From Candidatus Electrothrix sp. GW3-4 (lineage in GTDB: Bacteria; Desulfobacterota; Desulfobulbia; Desulfobulbales; Desulfobulbaceae): a stretch of DNA of 32,000 nt. Both the position numbers and the translations under genes were made by a program. Numbering within the stretch: the first letter of the stretch is position 1; the number at the start of each line of letters is the position of its first letter. This document shows positions 25,190-32,000 of the stretch, piece by piece. The notes under the pieces were generated by a model that searched no databases, had not been told where the DNA came from, and saw nothing but the letters and a program-made list of their open reading frames with translations. The stretch lies in contig NZ_CP147990.1 of assembly GCF_037902255.1 (NCBI RefSeq), positions 1,200,001 through 1,232,000 on the forward strand. Direction: 5' to 3'.

Positions 25190-25359
25190 ATTGTATTCCC
25201 CTTCATGTACTTGAAACAACTTACTCACTTTTCAGAGTGAAAATGTATGAGGGTATGCACCGTTGAGGTGCTATTTACTTTTTGATATCAAAGTGGTAAA
25301 GTTCGCTTCAATTCTGGCGATATTCCTCAGATAAAAAAGAGTAATTTGGAGTTCAGCAG

Positions 25360-28300
25360 GTGAAAAATATAAAGATTTTTGTGGGAGCAACTCTGCTCTT
25401 TATTATTGTGCTGTTTGGTATCACGGTTGCGATAATTCCCCTTCTTCTTTCCTCAGACTGGGCAAAGAACAGTGTTGTCAGCAAGGTAAACAGCAGCTCT
25501 TCTGGTAAGCTTGCCCTTGGCGATTGTGCGATCGGCTGGAGTGAGGGGCTCAAGTGTACAGAGGTTTCCTACCATGATCAGGGCTATCAGGTTGATGCCG
25601 CCCACCTAACCGGGACCCAGGGCCTGTTTTCCCTGCTCATGGCGCCCAAGAATCTTGGGACCATTACGGTAGATGACCCTGTGGTGGTTATCGCCCAGCC
25701 CCAAGCGAAGCCTGGCAGCGAAGACGAGACGCTTGCTGCGCAAACCGATTCCAGAACTCCTGCAAAAACAGAGGACCACGCTAAGGAAACATCAAACTCC
25801 GAAAAAGAAACAGGAAAACCCGGAACTTGGTTCTGGCATAAGATGAGGGGTAAAATACTCCTGAATCGAGCTATTGTTAAATTGCAACAGGGAGCGCAGG
25901 AGCCGCAAATGCTGGTGCAGGAAGGGGCTTTGGATCTGACCCTTGCCTCTGACACCCTTAAGCTGAACCTTGTCTTGGCAACCGGGGCAGAACAGACTGG
26001 AGGAGAGGTCAAGGCCGTGGGAACTGCTCATTTACCTTCGGTGAAAGGTGATCTGCTGGATCTCATGACCGCTGACATGCAGGTGACCTTTACCGATGTT
26101 CAACTCGCTCCCTTCCTGGCCCTGGCCCCTGCTGAGGGCAGTGTCCCGCAAGGGCAGGCAATTCTGGCCTCTGAATTGACCGTCAAGAATACCGAGGGCG
26201 GTAACCTGGTGTTGCGTGGTCCGATCACCCTGGAGAAGGTTGATCTGACCGGTGGTTTTCTGGCAGAGGATCATCCCCGGCTTGACCAACTGGCCTTTGA
26301 ACTGCATATCCAACGGGATGAACAAAAGGAGTGGCGGCTGCCTGAGCTGAAAATGCTTTCCGATTTTGGCAGCGTGGGGCTTCAGTCCAGCTACGGTAAA
26401 CAGGGATTGCAGGCCACAGGCGAGGGCAAGTTTGATTTGCCGGTCCTCCTTACCCAGTTGCCCGGCCTGTTCAAGGTCCAGGAGAACCTGCGGCTGGAGA
26501 ACGGGAGAGCCTCGTTAGCCTTTGAGGTGGCAGAGAAAGACAAGGTGATGCAGCTTAGTGCCGAGGCCACGGTTGAGGACCTGGAAGGTCGACAAAATCG
26601 ACAGCCCTTTGTCTGGAAGAGTCCGCTGCGCCTGAGTCTGAAGGGCAGTATGGCAGGCAAAGAACCTGAGGTGGACAGGCTTGCCCTTCAGGCCGACTTT
26701 CTGGATATAGAAGGGCAGGGGAATCTGCACCATTTTACCCTTAAGGGCACGGCAGACCTGGACCAGGCCATGCAGGAGATCTCTCGCATCATCCAGTTTG
26801 ACTGGGATGTTGGAGGACGCCTGAAGTTGGATCTGGAGACAACAAAGGATAGCGAGGAGCGTTATACCGTTGATGCCAAGGTTGATATTGCCGATTACCG
26901 GCTCTCTATGAAAAATAAGGAGGTGCTGCCGGTTCATCAGTTTCGTTTTAACGGCAAGCTGGTCGCACCTGGCTATTTTCCCAAGGCAAAGGCAGAGGCT
27001 GCCGATCTGACCTTTGATCTGTCTTCCTGGGCTGGCGATCTTACAGGCGCCCTGAGCGGCGTGTATCGGGACCAGGGGCAGGTCATGGCCCATTATCAGC
27101 TGGATGCAGACATCCTGTTAGCCCGGGTGACGGAATTGCTCCACCGTTTTGACGCCTTGGAGCAAGAAACCAGCATGGCCGGAGATATGAAGTTGCAGAC
27201 CACCGGTTATACAGAAAAAGACCGGCTGGTGGTCAGTACCTTGGATTCACGGATCAAGGGATTTATCCTCTATCGCCAGGGAAAGATCTTGCAGGATCCA
27301 GAGCTCTCGTTGTTTACCACCAAACCTGAGCCAACACCCAATGTGGAAGAAGCGGTACGAGCATTGGAAAAGGCGGAGAGTAAGGATGCCTTTTTTGCCC
27401 AGGGGGGCTATAACCTGATTGATACCAAGAATCATCGCCTGGTGCTGCGTAATTTATCCCTGAACTCCGGCTTTGCGGATATCAGGGTCGAAAAGATCTT
27501 TCTTGATGACTGGCAGCAGAAACCAGCGCCCGCCATCAAGGCCCTACAGGTCAATGGCAGATCTGATCTTGCCAAGCTGACCACCCTGTTGCAGCAACTG
27601 GGCGCAATGCAGCCGGAACAGAAGTTCGCTGGTGATGCGATCTTCTCCCTTGATTTGGCAGAGAGAAAGGAAGATATCAAGATCGCAGGATCAACAAGCA
27701 GGGGTAACTCTGGTACTGTCAAGCTCGATATTGATCACTTCTCCTACAGTAAAATCGGGAAAAAGGTTCGAGGGAAAAAGGGCCAGGAAGAGCTCCTTAT
27801 TGAGCGGCAGAAATTGGTTTTCAGGAGTCGCCTCCATGGTGACCTTACGGCCGGTGATGTGCAGTTTACCACCTTTGATATTGAATCTGCCCCGCTGAGC
27901 CTCCAGGCCGATGGCGAATTTCAATTGAGCGGGAAAAAACCGCATTTTTCTCTGGATGGGCAGGCAACGCCTGATTTGGCCTCCTTAGTGGCTATCCTGA
28001 ACGGGATGTATCCTCTTGGCATCGAGGCAACCGGGAAAAAGAAGGAGAAATTTACCCTATATTATCCTCTCGCCCCAGAGGAGAAAGAAAACGCCAAGAT
28101 CAATCTACGCTTTGCAACAAAGGTCTATGCAGATTCCTTTTCCAGATCCGGCATTGATGTGAGCAGGCTCACCTTGGACACGGATATGAAGCAAGGGGTG
28201 ATGGACAGTGTGCTGAAAGGGACCCTGAATGACGGTTGGTTGCAGCTTTCCCCTCGCATTGATTATACGCAAACCCCACCCCTCCTCACGATGGCAGAGG

Positions 28301-28938
28301 GCGAACAGGTGTTAACAGATGTGCATCTTGAAGAGGCCCTGACTGAGGGTATTCTTAAAGGGATTCACCCCGTCTTTGGCTCATTGGCTACCCCCGCAGG
28401 AATTATCAATGTCCGGTTGGACCGCTTCTCTCTCCCCCTTGAAGAAAAAGGGATGGAAAAAATCGATTTTAAGGTCTTCCTTGATTTGACCGGCGTGGCC
28501 TTGGAGCCTAAGGGCGTCCTGAGTAGTATCCTGGAGGTGGCAGGCTACGTGGACAGCACGCTGACCATGAAGAATAAAAGCATGACCTGTGAAGGCGTGC
28601 AGGGGCAGGTCAGCTGTACACCGATCAAGATGATCATTGCTGATTCGGAAATGATCATCAGCGGCTCTGCTGGAATGGACGGCAGCCTGGAGTATATTGT
28701 CGAGGTCCCGGTGACCAAAAGGTTACTGGGAAAAAAAGGCTATGAGTTACTTAAAGGCACCACCCTGAAGGTCCCGATTAAAGGCACTAAGGATAAGCCC
28801 GTATATAGCCGTGATGCCCTGATGCGGGCATCGTCGGACCTGCTCAAGCAGGCAGCGGGCCAGGCGACCAAAAATGTTTTGAGAGAGCAGGTTGATAAGG
28901 TTGTTCCTGATCTCCTGGATAACCTTTTTGGAAAATAA
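25360..28938 (+). CDS. AsmA-family / TamB-like large envelope protein
   Basis: 1192-aa ORF. GTG start 8 nt after GGAG. N-terminal anchor KIFVGATLLFIIVLFGITVAIIPLLL. Long, repetitive, beta-rich body. C-terminal LKVPIKGTKDKPVYSRDAL typical of AsmA-like C-termini. Confidence 0.65.
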   Translation: MKNIKIFVGATLLFIIVLFGITVAIIPLLLSSDWAKNSVVSKVNSSSSGKLALGDCAIGWSEGLKCTEVSYHDQGYQVDAAHLTGTQGLFSLLMAPKNLGTITVDDPVVVIAQPQAKPGSEDETLAAQTDSRTPAKTEDHAKETSNSEKETGKPGTWFWHKMRGKILLNRAIVKLQQGAQEPQMLVQEGALDLTLASDTLKLNLVLATGAEQTGGEVKAVGTAHLPSVKGDLLDLMTADMQVTFTDVQLAPFLALAPAEGSVPQGQAILASELTVKNTEGGNLVLRGPITLEKVDLTGGFLAEDHPRLDQLAFELHIQRDEQKEWRLPELKMLSDFGSVGLQSSYGKQGLQATGEGKFDLPVLLTQLPGLFKVQENLRLENGRASLAFEVAEKDKVMQLSAEATVEDLEGRQNRQPFVWKSPLRLSLKGSMAGKEPEVDRLALQADFLDIEGQGNLHHFTLKGTADLDQAMQEISRIIQFDWDVGGRLKLDLETTKDSEERYTVDAKVDIADYRLSMKNKEVLPVHQFRFNGKLVAPGYFPKAKAEAADLTFDLSSWAGDLTGALSGVYRDQGQVMAHYQLDADILLARVTELLHRFDALEQETSMAGDMKLQTTGYTEKDRLVVSTLDSRIKGFILYRQGKILQDPELSLFTTKPEPTPNVEEAVRALEKAESKDAFFAQGGYNLIDTKNHRLVLRNLSLNSGFADIRVEKIFLDDWQQKPAPAIKALQVNGRSDLAKLTTLLQQLGAMQPEQKFAGDAIFSLDLAERKEDIKIAGSTSRGNSGTVKLDIDHFSYSKIGKKVRGKKGQEELLIERQKLVFRSRLHGDLTAGDVQFTTFDIESAPLSLQADGEFQLSGKKPHFSLDGQATPDLASLVAILNGMYPLGIEATGKKKEKFTLYYPLAPEEKENAKINLRFATKVYADSFSRSGIDVSRLTLDTDMKQGVMDSVLKGTLNDGWLQLSPRIDYTQTPPLLTMAEGEQVLTDVHLEEALTEGILKGIHPVFGSLATPAGIINVRLDRFSLPLEEKGMEKIDFKVFLDLTGVALEPKGVLSSILEVAGYVDSTLTMKNKSMTCEGVQGQVSCTPIKMIIADSEMIISGSAGMDGSLEYIVEVPVTKRLLGKKGYELLKGTTLKVPIKGTKDKPVYSRDALMRASSDLLKQAAGQATKNVLREQVDKVVPDLLDNLFGK

Positions 28939-28967
28939 GCGCTCCCAAGTTTATTTTTGCTCCTCAG

Positions 28968-29354
28968 ATGGATACCCTACTCAGGCTTTCCCTCATCGGT
29001 GCTGGTGGTTTCACCGGAGCTGTCCTCCGTTTTCTGGTCAGCTCCTGGGCACAAGGACGTTCCGGTTCGATAATTTTTCCCTTCGGCACCCTGACCGTGA
29101 ATATGGTCGGGTGTCTGCTGATAGGATTTCTCAGTGCGTTGGTCGAAATCAGGGCCATGTTTTCTCCTGAGACCCGGAGCTTTGTCCTTATTGGCCTGCT
29201 GGGTGCTTTCACCACCTTTTCCACCTTTGGCAACGAGACCCTGAACCTGATCCGGGAAAGCCGAATTGAGCTGGCCCTCCTTAATGCAGGAGGACAGGTG
29301 CTTCTCGGGGTGTTGCTGGTGTGGTTAGGACGGGTTCTTGCGGGCTTGCTTTGA
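28968..29354 (+). CDS. crcB: Fluoride ion channel CrcB/FluC
   Basis: 128-aa ORF with four hydrophobic helices. GAGGFTGAVLRF, FPFGTLTVNMVGCLLIG, GAFTTFSTF. Confidence 0.9.
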   Translation: MDTLLRLSLIGAGGFTGAVLRFLVSSWAQGRSGSIIFPFGTLTVNMVGCLLIGFLSALVEIRAMFSPETRSFVLIGLLGAFTTFSTFGNETLNLIRESRIELALLNAGGQVLLGVLLVWLGRVLAGLL

Positions 29355-29404
29355 AGCAGATTGAAAAAAAACAAAAAAGAGTAATTGGGAAGAGGCAAGA
29401 CATT

Positions 29405-30964
29405 TTGTATCAACAATCACTCATTAATCCTGTAAGCGATATTGTCAGTATCCAAGGGGCTTTTTTGGATTCTAAGGCATTAGAAGAACGAAGAAGTCTG
29501 GGGCAGTTTTTTACAGGTTTGATAGTCTCTGATTACATGGCCTCACTTATAGAGCCTTCTGAAGGGAAAGCTGTCCAGATTTTAGATGCAGGTGCTGGGA
29601 CGGGCATTTTGGCGGCTTCGGCAGCCTTGCATTGCCTCAACCTGGGGTGTGAGTCCGTTCATGCTGTGTTGTATGAGATTGATGCCCAAGCTCTTCATTT
29701 TCTTGACCAGACTTTGCGTATCGTGAGAAAGATATATCAAAGTCAACAGGCATCCTTTACCTGTGAGATCTATTGTGAAGATTTTGTTCTTGCAAGACCT
29801 GACAAAGATGCAAAAGTTCAATCTTTTGATATTGCAGTGATAAATCCGCCGTATTTTAAATATAGCGTAAAATCATCACCATATGCTAAGGCAACAGCTG
29901 ATCTGTATCATGGCGACCCGAATATTTATGCGTCATTTATGGCTGTTGTCATGGCTTGCTTGAAACGTGGAGGGCAAATGATTACAATTACTCCTCGTAG
30001 CTTTACCAATGGCCTCTATTTTAAGGGGTTTAGGTCTTATTTGCTTAATGAATCCTCACTGGAATCCGTCCATATCTTTAAACATCGAGATAAGGTCTTC
30101 AAAGATTCTTCTTCGGCCGTGCTACAGGAAAATGTTATTTGCCGCTTTAAGAGAGGTTGTCGGGCGCAACACGTCGCTGTGACTTCAAGTAATTGTGATG
30201 CAGATATTCAGCATGGGGCCAAAGAGGTGTATCCCACTGCATTGATCATTGATTCTTCTAATGACCAGAATATGATCAGAATTCCAGAGTCAGTCTATGA
30301 GGCAGAGATACTTCAACAGGCTGAAATGTTTGAAACCACCTTTCAGGATTGTGGTTATTTTATTTCAACAGGCCGCATTGTTGAGCATCGTACACGAGAG
30401 TATATTACTGACAATACCAGAGCGGAGAACATTGTACCCCTCTATAGGCCTCATAATGTAACTCCGTTACAGGCAACCTGGACTGGGGATCATAAAAAAG
30501 ATGTATCTTTCCTACTTATTGAAGGACATAAAAAACATACTCTGAAGAATGGGACCTATGTACTTTTAAAGCGTTTTTCATCAAAAGACGAGAAACGCCG
30601 ACTCGTTGCCGCTGTGCATCTTGCTGAAATGCATAACTGTCAATTGATTGGCTTTGGTAATAAGGTAAATTATATCGGACTGATGAATGGAGAGCTCTCC
30701 GCCGCAGAAGCCTACGGGCTTGCAGCTGTTTTTAATTCTTCCTTTATGGATAGATACTTCAGGTCTATTTCGGGGAATACCCAGGTAAATGCCACAGAAA
30801 TTCGATTAATGAAGTTTCCATCGCGAAATCAGGTGAGAAAGATAGGTGAACAAGCACAAAGAATGTCCTTGAATAACTTAAGTGAGTTTGATGATCTTGT
30901 TCATCCTATTCTTGGGATAGCGCTGGAGCATCTCGATAACTCTGGCTCCTCGTCACTAAATTGA
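29405..30964 (+). CDS. N6-adenine DNA methyltransferase, Eco57I/PstI-BsuBI-type (gamma class)
   Basis: The track ORF 29321-30964 overlaps crcB. Likely starts are TTG 29405 (after GAAGAGG) or TTG 29351. GQFFT, motif [12 protein letters not shown], motif [13 protein letters not shown]-richer than crcB. Confidence 0.8.
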   Translation: MYQQSLINPVSDIVSIQGAFLDSKALEERRSLGQFFTGLIVSDYMASLIEPSEGKAVQILDAGAGTGILAASAALHCLNLGCESVHAVLYEIDAQALHFLDQTLRIVRKIYQSQQASFTCEIYCEDFVLARPDKDAKVQSFDIAVINPPYFKYSVKSSPYAKATADLYHGDPNIYASFMAVVMACLKRGGQMITITPRSFTNGLYFKGFRSYLLNESSLESVHIFKHRDKVFKDSSSAVLQENVICRFKRGCRAQHVAVTSSNCDADIQHGAKEVYPTALIIDSSNDQNMIRIPESVYEAEILQQAEMFETTFQDCGYFISTGRIVEHRTREYITDNTRAENIVPLYRPHNVTPLQATWTGDHKKDVSFLLIEGHKKHTLKNGTYVLLKRFSSKDEKRRLVAAVHLAEMHNCQLIGFGNKVNYIGLMNGELSAAEAYGLAAVFNSSFMDRYFRSISGNTQVNATEIRLMKFPSRNQVRKIGEQAQRMSLNNLSEFDDLVHPILGIALEHLDNSGSSSLN

Positions 30965-31965
30965 AATTTACAAAGAAACAAGAACAGAAGCTTCAAGAGG
31001 CCAAATCATTATTGACAGCTTTAGGCCTGCCAAAAGCTCAATGCAATGATCGTTCGGCCTGGGTTTTGTTAGCCTTAGCTCATGTGAAGCCTTCCGATAC
31101 CTGGAGTTCTGTAACCGCACCTCTGCTGCCCACGGTGAGCATCATGGAGTTCATCCGTAATGAATACGGTATGAATTATAAGCCGAATAGCAGGGAAACC
31201 ATTCGAAGACAAACACTTCATCAGTTTGAGCAGGCCAGAATCGTCGACCGCAATAGGGATGATCCTGCTCGACCCACCAACAGTAAAGATAATAATTACT
31301 CGTTAAATCAACCGATATTGGATATTATGGTGGAATATCCAGATGGAAATTGGCAGGAGAAAATTCAGGATTTTAAGCAAGCTGTACCTGAGCTAAGGAG
31401 TCAGTATCAACGAGTTATTGATATGCATAAGATTCCGATCCGTTTACCAAACGGCGAGACGATAAGATTGTCACCGGGGAAACATAATCAACTGCACGCT
31501 GATATTATCCATGAGTTCTGTTCTCGCTTTATCGGGCTAAGTGGCCGGGTGCTTTACGTTGGCGATACAGCCAGTAGCAGAGAGGAAGGTGGCAAGCTCA
31601 TGCTTCTGGAGAAAGAATATTTGGAAGAGCTAGGAGTTCCCCCTCTGTCCCACGAGAAATTGCCTGACGTTTTGGTGTATGACAAAAAACAGCACTGGCT
31701 TTTTTTGATTGAAGCCGTGACCAGTCATGGTCCTGTTTCACCAAAACGATGGTTTGAACTCGAAGAGGCCTTTAAAGGATGCAAGGTAGGGATGGTGTAC
31801 GTGACTGCATTTCCAGATCGCGCAGCATTCCGAAAAAATGCTACCGAAATTGCATGGGAAACAGAGGTATGGATTGCCGACCAGCCGGATCACCTTATCC
31901 ATTTTAACGGGGATCGATTTTTGGGGCCGCACAGAAGAGATGACGAGAGTAATAACTACCCTTAA
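30961..31965 (+). CDS. Type II restriction endonuclease, BsuBI/PstI family
   Basis: 334-aa ORF. TTG start overlaps the methyltransferase stop (TTGA). C-terminal [19 protein letters not shown]...[45 protein letters not shown] matches my recollection of the BsuBI_PstI_RE family. Confidence 0.75.
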   Translation: MKFTKKQEQKLQEAKSLLTALGLPKAQCNDRSAWVLLALAHVKPSDTWSSVTAPLLPTVSIMEFIRNEYGMNYKPNSRETIRRQTLHQFEQARIVDRNRDDPARPTNSKDNNYSLNQPILDIMVEYPDGNWQEKIQDFKQAVPELRSQYQRVIDMHKIPIRLPNGETIRLSPGKHNQLHADIIHEFCSRFIGLSGRVLYVGDTASSREEGGKLMLLEKEYLEELGVPPLSHEKLPDVLVYDKKQHWLFLIEAVTSHGPVSPKRWFELEEAFKGCKVGMVYVTAFPDRAAFRKNATEIAWETEVWIADQPDHLIHFNGDRFLGPHRRDDESNNYP

Positions 31966-32000
31966 GCTGTAACTCTTTTATCTGGGAGAATTATGCAAAC

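Noticed and set aside
24937-25206. 89-aa and 73-aa minus-strand ORFs opposite the Lys-rich microprotein
   Set aside because: They have no SD and run through a strong intrinsic terminator hairpin. The composition is low-complexity, and the plus-strand micro-ORF has the better translation signals.
28939-28967. Fluoride riboswitch (crcB motif RNA) upstream of crcB
   Set aside because: Only 29 nt separate the AsmA-like stop from the crcB start. There is no room for the ~50-60 nt pseudoknotted aptamer plus expression platform.
31993-32000. Start of another CDS (ATG after GGGAGA) at the right edge
   Set aside because: Only 8 nt are visible, so it cannot be evaluated. It is mentioned under the R-M finding as something to extend.

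Overview
Chromosomal segment, probably from a Desulfobacterota-like (deltaproteobacterial) organism; that assignment is inference only. A housekeeping backbone carries a PAS/PAS hybrid histidine kinase, an EEP-family gene next to pcnB, an NMO-family oxidoreductase, hisS-aspS, an AsmA-like giant protein and crcB. Several accessory modules interrupt it. (1) At the left edge is a translationally coupled pair: a coiled-coil protein with a degenerate SIR2-like domain, plus a STAND-type P-loop NTPase. The NTPase is absent from the supplied ORF track because it runs off the window, and it appears to be membrane-anchored. (2) The 3' end of aspS occurs three times (about 14620-14828, 17071-17280 and 18005-18135), each copy followed by a homologous hairpin. 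The copies bracket two small AT-rich, integrase-less islets. They differ almost only at synonymous sites. (3) Downstream lie a RelE/ParE-type toxin-antitoxin pair, an AAA-ATPase_like/PD-(D/E)XK protein and a nested-palindrome/iteron block. Then comes a very AT-rich module encoding a small one-TM protein plus a caspase-like protease with a C-terminal NBR1-type Ig domain. An IS4-like insertion sequence separates that module from a compositionally matching orphan ORF. (4) At the right edge a PstI/BsuBI-family type II restriction-modification pair sits directly after crcB. The best candidates for uncharacterised conflict systems are the caspase module and the SIR2-like/STAND pair. The aspS-end triplication is the clearest structural anomaly. 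All domain calls come from by-eye motif recognition; no HMM or BLAST search was possible.
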